A stretch of DNA of 64,000 bases from Ruminiclostridium sp. (lineage in GTDB: Bacteria > Bacillota > Clostridia > Oscillospirales > Ruminococcaceae): assembly GCA_017635095.1 (NCBI GenBank), contig JAGBMA010000092.1:30994-94993 (forward strand), read 5' to 3'. Shown piece by piece: positions 46,553 to 53,848 of this stretch. How positions within the stretch are numbered: the first letter of the stretch is position 1; the number at the start of each line of letters is the position of its first letter. Under the pieces are notes generated by a model. It saw only the letters and a program-made list of their open reading frames with translations, was not told the DNA's origin and did no database searches. The translations under genes were made by a program, and so were the position numbers.

Positions 46553-47321
46553 TACAGCAAAAGCTTTTGCGGACGGAAAAGCGTTCATACCGTTCATTAC
46601 CTGCGGCGACCCGGATCTTGAGACAACCGGCAGGATCGTCCGCGAGATGGAGAAAAACGGAGCCGACCTCGTCGAACTCGGCATACCGTTCTCCGATCCG
46701 ACAGCAGAAGGACCTGTGATACAGGGGGCAAATATCCGTGCGCTGTCCGGCGGAGTTACGACCGACAAGATATTCGGGTTTGTGGAGGAGCTCCGCAAGG
46801 ACGTTAAGATACCGCTGGTGTTCATGACCTACGCGAATGTTGTGTTTTCCTACGGCATCGAGCGCTTTGTTCAGCGCTGTGCAGAGGTCGGTATCGACGG
46901 GATCATTCTGCCGGACGTTCCTTTTGAGGAGAAAGAGGAGTTCGCGCCGACCTGTCGTTCGCACGGTATCGACTTTATCTCACTCATCGCTCCCACCTCA
47001 GAGAACCGTATCGAAACGATAGCGGGCAGCGCCGAAGGCTTCCTGTACATAGTATCGAGTCTCGGTGTCACAGGTGTGCGCAGTGAGATCAAAACCGATA
47101 TAGGTGCAATGACCGCCTCTGTGAGAAAGTACAGCAAGGTGCCCTGTGCAGTCGGCTTCGGTATTTCCGAACCCGAGCAGGCGAAAAAAATGGCGGGTCT
47201 TTCCGACGGCTGCATTGTCGGTTCGGCGATAGTGAAGATCGTTGCGGAGCATGGACGGGAATCAGCTCCTTTCGTCGGTGAGTATGTGAAGCGCATGAAA
47301 GACGCGGTAAGAGAGGCCTGA
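46545..47321 (+). CDS. trpA: tryptophan synthase alpha chain
   Basis: [27 protein letters not shown] and VGFGIS. The start overlaps the trpB stop. Confidence 0.92.
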   Translation: MSNTAKAFADGKAFIPFITCGDPDLETTGRIVREMEKNGADLVELGIPFSDPTAEGPVIQGANIRALSGGVTTDKIFGFVEELRKDVKIPLVFMTYANVVFSYGIERFVQRCAEVGIDGIILPDVPFEEKEEFAPTCRSHGIDFISLIAPTSENRIETIAGSAEGFLYIVSSLGVTGVRSEIKTDIGAMTASVRKYSKVPCAVGFGISEPEQAKKMAGLSDGCIVGSAIVKIVAEHGRESAPFVGEYVKRMKDAVREA

Positions 47322-47354
47322 GCTGAACTCAAAAAAAATGACAGCAGATCAGAT

Positions 47355-47395
47355 GCACCCTGTCCGGGAATTTCCGGGCAGGGTGCAGTTTGTAT
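47355..47395 (+). terminator. hairpin terminator after trpA (weak T-tract)
   Basis: A 13-bp stem GCACCCTGTCCGG/CCGGGCAGGGTGC with a 6-nt loop. Confidence 0.5.
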
Positions 47396-47423
47396 TGACA
47401 AATAAGGATAGATGTGCTATAAT
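47395..47423 (+). promoter_or_regulatory. sigma-A-type promoter (TTGACA-17-TGC-TATAAT), followed by GTTATAAA / TATAAC-N4-GTTATA candidate operator repeats at 47430-47495
   Basis: Read directly from the sequence. It lies upstream of the TetR gene. Confidence 0.5.
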
Positions 47424-47504
47424 AACTGATGTTATAAAGCGACATAACAGGCGTTATAAATGCTTGAACAATCAATATAACATAAGTTATAAACGGAGCG
47501 GAAA

Positions 47505-48089
47505 ATGGCTGTACGAGAGAAGATAACAAGGAAAACAATAGTAGATGCGGGCTTTGAGATCGTGCGTGAACAGGGCATCGAGAAGCTGAATGTGAGAGGC
47601 GTTGCAGCACGGATCGGCTGTTCGACCCAGCCGGTGATGTACTGTTATCACACCGCAGATGAGATGAAAGCGGACATTCTGGAAAGAGCGAATGAGTACC
47701 ACACCGAATATCTGGCAAGACGAAGCGCCGATGACACAGATGTGCTTATCGCGATAGGAATGAACTACATACGTTTTGCCGCAGAAGAACGGAACCTGTT
47801 CAGGTTCATCTTCCTGTCCGATATGGCACAGAACGCGGGTATAACAGAGCTCATAAGCGCCGATGACAGCGCTGTGGTGCCTATCCTTGCGGGAAAGTAC
47901 GGTATGAGCGCGGAAAATGCAAAAGATACTTTCGAGGCACTTTTCGGAGCGTTCCACGGTTACGCGGCAATGATCGCATACGGTATGATCTCCTACGATG
48001 AAGCGCACTGCAGAAAACAGCTCAACCGTATCTGCGGCGGACTTGCGAAGCAGATAAGACAGGAGGAGCAGCAGACAGCGAAGATATAA
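47505..48089 (+). CDS. TetR/AcrR family transcriptional regulator
   Basis: The N-terminal HTH reads IVDAGFEIVREQGIEKLNVRGVAARIGCSTQPVMYCY. 194 aa. Confidence 0.85.
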   Translation: MAVREKITRKTIVDAGFEIVREQGIEKLNVRGVAARIGCSTQPVMYCYHTADEMKADILERANEYHTEYLARRSADDTDVLIAIGMNYIRFAAEERNLFRFIFLSDMAQNAGITELISADDSAVVPILAGKYGMSAENAKDTFEALFGAFHGYAAMIAYGMISYDEAHCRKQLNRICGGLAKQIRQEEQQTAKI

Positions 48090-48136
48090 AAAATCCCCGC
48101 AAACTCGCTTATAACGCGGTTTGCGGGGATCTTTCG
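48088..48136. terminator. bidirectional rho-independent terminator
   Basis: ATCCCCGCAAAC-14 nt-GTTTGCGGGGAT, flanked by A- and T-tracts. It sits between convergent genes. Confidence 0.75.
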
Positions 48137-48145
48137 TGTAATTGC

Positions 48146-50548
48146 TTACTTGACGACTATATTCACGAGCTTCTTGGGGACTGCGATCTTCTTGACGATC
48201 GTTTTGCCCTCAACAAGCGGCTTTATGGTGTCATTTTCAAGGGCTGCGGCGATCATGGCGTCGCTGTCGGCTTCGGAGGGAACGTTCATCTTCGCCCTTA
48301 CCTTACCGTTGATCTGCACAACGATCTCGACTTCATCATCGACACAGAGCGCTTCATCGTAAGTCACCCAGCTCTGTTCGGAGAGAATGCCGCCGAAGAT
48401 GTTGTGGTACATCTCCTCGGTGATGTGGGGAGCAAAGGGGTTGAGCATGATGAGGAGCGACTTCATCTCGCCCTTGGTGATGCTGCCCTTGTCGGCGATC
48501 TGATTAAGGAGCGTCATCATTGCTGCAACAGCGGTGTTGAATTTGAGCTGCTCGATATCGGCGCTAACTTTCTTGATAGTGCGATGGAATGCGGCTGAAA
48601 GCTCCTTGCTGTAGCTTTCATCGTCGGTGATGCAGTCCTGCAGCGCCCAGATACGTTCGAGGAAGCGCTTGCAGCCCTTCAGACTGCTCTCGCTCCAGGG
48701 AGCTGCCTGTTCATAATCTCCCATAAAGAGAACATATACGCGGAGCACATCAGCGCCGTACTCGTCAACGACATCGTTCGGGTCAACCACGTTTCCGCGG
48801 GATTTACTCATCTTTACCCCGTCGGGGCCGAGGATAAGTCCCTGTGCAGTACGCTTTGCATAAGGCTCCTTTACCGGAACAACGCCTATGTCATAAAGGA
48901 AGCGGTGCCAGAAGCGCGAGTAGATAAGGTGTCGTGTAACGTGCTCCATACCGCCGTTGTACCAGTCAACAGGGAGCCAGTATCTGAGCGCTTCTTCGGA
49001 TGCAAGCGCGCTGTCGTTCTTCGGGTCACAGTAGCGCAGGAAGTACCATGACGAGCCAGCCCACTGAGGCATGGTGTCGGTCTCGCGCTTTGCCGCGCCG
49101 CCGCACTTCGGGCACTTGCAGTTTACGAAGCTTTCGATCTTTGCAAGCGGGCTCTCGCCGTCCTGACCTGGCTGGAAGTTCTCCACCGGCGGGAGCTTCA
49201 GCGGAAGCTCTTCGTAGGGAACTGCAACCATACCGCAGTTCGGGCAGTGAACGATCGGGATAGGCTCGCCCCAGTAACGCTGGCGGTTGAAAGCCCAGTC
49301 CTTCATCTTGTACTGAACGCCTGCTTCACCCACGCCCTTTGCTTCAAGGACTTTGAGTACCTTTGCGATAGCGTCTTTCTTGTTGGTGATGCCGTTGAGG
49401 TCGCCGGAATTTACCATCTCGCCGTCGCCCGTATAGGCTTCCTTGGAGATGTCGCCGCCCTTGATGACCTCGATTATCGGGATACCGAACTTCTGCGCGA
49501 ACTCATAGTCGCGGGTGTCATGAGCCGGAACTGCCATAATAGCGCCGGTTCCGTAGCCCATCATTACATAGTCAGAGATGTATATCGGAATTTCCTTGTC
49601 TGTGAGCGGGTTTATAGCGGTAAGACCGTCTATCTTTACACCTGTCTTGTCCTTTACGAGCTGAGTGCGCTCAAATTCGCTCTTCTTTGCGCATTCTTCC
49701 CTGTAAGCGTCCAGCTCGGCGATGTTCTTTATGCTGTCCCTGTACTTTTCGATCATGGGGTGCTCCGGCGCCATTACCATGAATGTAACGCCGTAAAGCG
49801 TATCGGGACGGGTGGTGTAGATCCTGAGCTCTTCGCCGTTCTCCTTGACCTTGAACTTAACGAACGCGCCGGTGGATTTACCGATCCAGTTTTCCTGCTG
49901 GAGCTTGATATTGGGCAGGAAATCCACCTCTTCGAGACCCTCCAACAGCTTGTCGGCGTACTCTGTTATGCGCAGGTACCAGACTTCCTTCTCCTTCTGG
50001 ATAATGTCGGAGTGGCAGATATCGCACTTGCCGCCCTGGGAATCCTCATTGGAGAGAACGACCTTGCAGCTCGGGCAGTAGTTTACAAGGGTCCTGTCGC
50101 GGAAAACGAGTCCGTTCTCGAACATCTTCAGGAATATCCACTGAGTCCACTTGTAATAGCCTTCATCGGTGGTGTCAACAACTCTTGACCAGTCGAAGGA
50201 GAAGCCTACCTTGCGGAGCTGGCCGGTGAATTTCTTTATGTTGTTGTCGGTAACGACACGGGGGTGAACGCCGGTCTTTATTGCAGTATTCTCTGTGGGC
50301 AGTCCGTAAGCGTCGAAACCTATGGGGAAAAGCACGTTGTAGCCTTCGAGACGGCGCTTTCTGCTCACTACTTCAAGTCCGGAGTACGCCTTGATATGTC
50401 CGACGTGCATTCCGGCGCCGGAGGGGTAAGGGAACTCCACAAGCGCGTAGAACTTGGGCTTTGAGCTTCCGGTCTCAGCCTTGAAGCTCTCGTGCTCGTC
50501 CCAGTATTTCTGCCATTTGGGTTCGATCTCTTTAAAATCGTACTTCAT
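48146..50548 (-). CDS. leuS: leucine--tRNA ligase
   Basis: PYPSGAGMHVGH (HIGH motif), VKMSKS (KMSKS motif) and the 800-aa length. Confidence 0.95.
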   Translation of the reverse strand: MKYDFKEIEPKWQKYWDEHESFKAETGSSKPKFYALVEFPYPSGAGMHVGHIKAYSGLEVVSRKRRLEGYNVLFPIGFDAYGLPTENTAIKTGVHPRVVTDNNIKKFTGQLRKVGFSFDWSRVVDTTDEGYYKWTQWIFLKMFENGLVFRDRTLVNYCPSCKVVLSNEDSQGGKCDICHSDIIQKEKEVWYLRITEYADKLLEGLEEVDFLPNIKLQQENWIGKSTGAFVKFKVKENGEELRIYTTRPDTLYGVTFMVMAPEHPMIEKYRDSIKNIAELDAYREECAKKSEFERTQLVKDKTGVKIDGLTAINPLTDKEIPIYISDYVMMGYGTGAIMAVPAHDTRDYEFAQKFGIPIIEVIKGGDISKEAYTGDGEMVNSGDLNGITNKKDAIAKVLKVLEAKGVGEAGVQYKMKDWAFNRQRYWGEPIPIVHCPNCGMVAVPYEELPLKLPPVENFQPGQDGESPLAKIESFVNCKCPKCGGAAKRETDTMPQWAGSSWYFLRYCDPKNDSALASEEALRYWLPVDWYNGGMEHVTRHLIYSRFWHRFLYDIGVVPVKEPYAKRTAQGLILGPDGVKMSKSRGNVVDPNDVVDEYGADVLRVYVLFMGDYEQAAPWSESSLKGCKRFLERIWALQDCITDDESYSKELSAAFHRTIKKVSADIEQLKFNTAVAAMMTLLNQIADKGSITKGEMKSLLIMLNPFAPHITEEMYHNIFGGILSEQSWVTYDEALCVDDEVEIVVQINGKVRAKMNVPSEADSDAMIAAALENDTIKPLVEGKTIVKKIAVPKKLVNIVVK

Positions 50549-50575
50549 TCTCTTTTGTTCCTTTCATTTGTACGT

Positions 50576-50971
50576 TTATCGGTATAATTTATATTCTTTT
50601 GCATAGATGTAAAGTGACTTTTCGAGGTGGTCATCATACATATCAACGGTCACGACGACCGTTTCGCCCTCTTTGATGCTGAGCACCTCGTCTGTATTAC
50701 TGCCATCGGATATAATGGTGATGTAAATGCTCGCCATTATAGACGTATCGGGGACTGCGTATATGACACCCGATCTGCTGTCAAACGATGCTTTTACCGC
50801 TATGGTCTTGCCTGTGATATCCGTACCGCCTCTTGCAGCCAGTATTGCCTCTTTCGGGGTCATGTAATCTGCCTCGACCTGCGGAGCGGAACTGCCGCAC
50901 GCAGCAAAAGATATCAGCAATACAGCGGTGAGAAACAGCGCTGTTATCTTCTTCATCATTTTTTGCCTCAT
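50576..50971 (-). CDS. hypothetical lipoprotein
   Basis: The signal/lipobox is ...LLISFAAC. No family recognised. Confidence 0.5.
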   Translation of the reverse strand: MRQKMMKKITALFLTAVLLISFAACGSSAPQVEADYMTPKEAILAARGGTDITGKTIAVKASFDSRSGVIYAVPDTSIMASIYITIISDGSNTDEVLSIKEGETVVVTVDMYDDHLEKSLYIYAKEYKLYR

Positions 50972-50980
50972 GCCGGACGC

Positions 50981-52006
50981 TTATTTTCTTACGCCGAATT
51001 TGTATATCGTCGTGTAGTTGTACTCTTCGCCCGCCTTGAGTATGCAGTCGGGGAAGTTGGGCTGGTTGGGCGAATCCGGAGCGTACTGGCTCTCAAGACA
51101 GAGCGCGGTCTGAATCTTCATCATGGTGCCGCCCTTTCCTATCTCGCCCTGCAGACCGATAGCGGTATAGAACTGGATAGCGGGCTTATCGGTGGAAACT
51201 CGCATCTCACGGCCTGTCTCCGGGTCGTAAACCACTGCGGCTTCACGCATAATGTGGGGCTCGCCGAGCATGAAGTTGTGGTCATAGCCGATGAGGTCGC
51301 TCTGGTCGAGGTCGCGGCAGATAGCCTTGGGCTGTCTGAAATCGAAGACTGTGCCTTCTACGGGAGCGATCTCGCCCGTAGGGATAAGGCGGCTGTCAAC
51401 GGGAGTGTAGCTTTCGGCGTTGATCTGTACGATCTGGCTGAGTACCGAGCCGGAGTGGATACCACCGATGTTGAAATAGGAGTGGTTAGTCATATTAACA
51501 ATGGTGTCCGCGTCGGACTTGCCCTTGTATTCAAGCTTTATCTCGTTTTCTTCTGTGAGTGTGTATTTGCAGGTGATCTTGAGATTTCCGGGGAAATTCT
51601 CCTCGCCGTCGGGGCTGAAATAGCCGAAAGTCACGCTGTTGTCGGTAGTTTCATCAACAGTCCACACTCTCTTGTTGTAGCCGATGATACCGCCGTGGAG
51701 ACAGTTTGTGCCTTCGTTTGCGCGAAGCCGTATCTCCTCGCCGTTAAGGGTGAACTTTGCGTCGGCGATACGGTTCGCATAGCGTCCCACAAGTGCGCCC
51801 TGAGAGGAAGTGCCGTTCACATAGCCTTCGAGGTCGTCGTAGCCGAGAACAACATCGTCAATGTCGCCGTTCTTGTCGGGGACCATGATGCTTACGATGG
51901 CGCCGCTGTAGTTTGTGAGCTTAACGGTCATTCCCTTGCTGTTCCTGAGTGTGAAGAGGAAGACTTTATAGCCGTCCGTCATTCCGAATACTTCTTTTTC
52001 GATCAT
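50981..52006 (-). CDS. galM: aldose 1-epimerase (galactose mutarotase)
   Basis: GRYANRI, LHGG, TNHSYFN and LCLESQ are mutarotase motifs. Confidence 0.88.
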   Translation of the reverse strand: MIEKEVFGMTDGYKVFLFTLRNSKGMTVKLTNYSGAIVSIMVPDKNGDIDDVVLGYDDLEGYVNGTSSQGALVGRYANRIADAKFTLNGEEIRLRANEGTNCLHGGIIGYNKRVWTVDETTDNSVTFGYFSPDGEENFPGNLKITCKYTLTEENEIKLEYKGKSDADTIVNMTNHSYFNIGGIHSGSVLSQIVQINAESYTPVDSRLIPTGEIAPVEGTVFDFRQPKAICRDLDQSDLIGYDHNFMLGEPHIMREAAVVYDPETGREMRVSTDKPAIQFYTAIGLQGEIGKGGTMMKIQTALCLESQYAPDSPNQPNFPDCILKAGEEYNYTTIYKFGVRK

Positions 52007-52084
52007 ACCTTGTACCTTGCCTTTCGCTTGTTTATATGCACCCGCAGAGCTTTGCGGGAAGTGTACTTATCTGTATAATGCCGT

Positions 52085-52200
52085 AACTGCGGCAGTCGTC
52101 AGAACTGCGGCATTCGTCAGAACTGCGGCATTCGTCAGAATTGCGGCAGTCGTCAGAACTGCGGCAGTCGTCAGAACTGCGGCATTCGTCAGAATTGCCA
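52085..52200. repeat. 18-bp tandem repeat, six full copies plus one partial, overlapping the MBOAT stop codon
   Basis: AACTGCGGCA(G/T)TCGTCAG units at an exact 18-bp period from 52085. Confidence 0.95.
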
Positions 52201-53604
52201 GTAGAGAAACGGATTGTTTGTGCTGTTTACCAGCAGTATCGAGCTTGCAGCCAGTATAAGTGCGTTGCAGACGATAGTTGAGATGCCCACCGCGTTCTGA
52301 CCGGAATTCGTCTCCTGCAGCTTTGCGCGGAGCCAGGGAATAAGGGGAGCGCTGAAAATGACGGCTGCGGAAATAAGGAAGACGTTGTTCATGAAAGAGG
52401 TCTGAGTGCCGAGATCAATGAGTTGGTTGCCGTTGGCTCCAACGAGGTTGCCGAGGAAAGTTCCGAGCGCCTGCAGCCCGCCCGCTTTGTCGTTGAAGTA
52501 GAATATGCCGAAGCCGACAACTATCACGATCTTTGCGTATATATGCATTATCGGAGCAGGCACCTTTTTGAGCCGTTTGCTTCCGATAAGGCGCTCTATG
52601 AAAATGAAAATGCCGAAATAAAGTCCCCAGATGATGTAGTTCCAGCTCGCTCCGTGCCAGAAGCCGGTGCAGAACCATACCAGAAACAGGCTCGCGTACT
52701 GTCTGCGTTTGCCGAAAAGCGGAACGTAGAGCAGGTAATCGCGGAAGAACGTCCCGAGGGAGATGTGCCAGCGCTGCCAGAATTCGGTGATGTTCTTTGA
52801 TACGAACGGGTAGCGGAAGTTCTCGTCGAAGTGGAAACCGAATATCCGTCCGAGACCGATAGCCATGTCGGAATAGCCCGAGAAATCGTAGTAAACGTAC
52901 AGCGCGTACAGGATCACGGCATACCATGTGCCTGCAACCGAAAGGGTCGTGAGGTCATTCCCGAAGTATTTCTCAACTATGGCATAAAGGCTGTTGGCGA
53001 TGATGACCTTCTTGCCGAAGCCGAAGATGAAGCGTGTAATGCCCGCACTTATGTCCTCGGCAGAAGAGCGGCGGGAGTTGATCTCGTTTTCGATGACGCT
53101 GTAACGGACGATAGGGCCTGCAACAAGCTGGGGGAAGAGCGAGATATAGAGCATGAGCTTGCCTGCGTTCCGCTGGACCTGAACTTTGCCCCAGTAAACG
53201 TCCATAATGTAGGAGATGATCTGGAAGGTATAGAAGCTTATACCAATAGGGAGCGGGATATGCGGAAGAGGGATATCGGTGCCGAACAGATTGTTTATAT
53301 TGGCCAGGAAAAAGTCTGTGTACTTGAAAACAGCGAGCATTCCGAGGCTCAGTATAAGCGAGAATGCCACGCCGAGCTTCGCTTTCGCTGTGCCGCGGAA
53401 CTTGTCGATCATCAGACCGAAGCCGTAGTTGGCGAAAATGCTTATAAGAAGCGGGATAAGCCAAAGAGGCTCGCTCCACGCATAGAAAACGAGCGAAAAG
53501 GCTATAAGGACAATATTTCTGTAAACGGTATTTCTGCCAATGAAGTAAACGGGGATCAAAGCCGCCATAAACACATAGACAAACACCAGATCTGTAAATT
53601 TCAT
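52189..53604 (-). CDS. MBOAT family O-acyltransferase (AlgI/DltB-like)
   Basis: A 471-aa multi-TM protein. FWQRWHISL and the conserved His region (FWHGASWN) are typical of MBOAT. Confidence 0.85.
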   Translation of the reverse strand: MKFTDLVFVYVFMAALIPVYFIGRNTVYRNIVLIAFSLVFYAWSEPLWLIPLLISIFANYGFGLMIDKFRGTAKAKLGVAFSLILSLGMLAVFKYTDFFLANINNLFGTDIPLPHIPLPIGISFYTFQIISYIMDVYWGKVQVQRNAGKLMLYISLFPQLVAGPIVRYSVIENEINSRRSSAEDISAGITRFIFGFGKKVIIANSLYAIVEKYFGNDLTTLSVAGTWYAVILYALYVYYDFSGYSDMAIGLGRIFGFHFDENFRYPFVSKNITEFWQRWHISLGTFFRDYLLYVPLFGKRRQYASLFLVWFCTGFWHGASWNYIIWGLYFGIFIFIERLIGSKRLKKVPAPIMHIYAKIVIVVGFGIFYFNDKAGGLQALGTFLGNLVGANGNQLIDLGTQTSFMNNVFLISAAVIFSAPLIPWLRAKLQETNSGQNAVGISTIVCNALILAASSILLVNSTNNPFLYWQF

Positions 53605-53727
53605 ACTAATCTCCGTGAATAAATGATGTATCTATTATACATTAATAAAGTAAATATTTCAACCTGTTTATGAAATTTTTTTGCAAATTCCGGAGCTCTG
53701 CTCTCAGGAGAAACAGGGTACTGCACT

Positions 53728-53761
53728 AAAATGTTCATGTTTTTGAATTTCTGAACATTTT
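53728..53761. promoter_or_regulatory. 10-bp perfect inverted repeat AAAATGTTCA-N14-TGAACATTTT
   Basis: Read directly from the sequence. It lies about 125-155 nt upstream of the MBOAT start. Confidence 0.5.
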
Positions 53762-53764
53762 CGG

Positions 53765-53848
53765 GGATATTTCGGCTTGTTTTTGGGATATTTGGGGCCG
53801 AAAACAGGATATTTTGATGTTTTTTGGGGATATTCTGAAAATGATCGT
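53765..53848. repeat. four GGATATT boxes phased at exactly 21 bp (iteron/response-regulator-like direct repeats)
   Basis: The boxes start at 53765, 53786, 53807 and 53828. Confidence 0.85.

Noticed and set aside
45242-46825. 527-aa ORF on the minus strand
   Set aside because: It is antisense to trpB/trpA, which have unambiguous motifs. It is a shadow ORF.
50627-52078. 483-aa ORF on the plus strand
   Set aside because: It is antisense to galM and the lipoprotein gene, and the galM motifs on the other strand are clear.
52085-52200. Possible CRISPR array (regular 18-bp periodicity)
   Set aside because: The units are directly abutting with no spacers, and 18 bp is too short for a CRISPR repeat. 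No cas genes are present. It is a simple tandem repeat.
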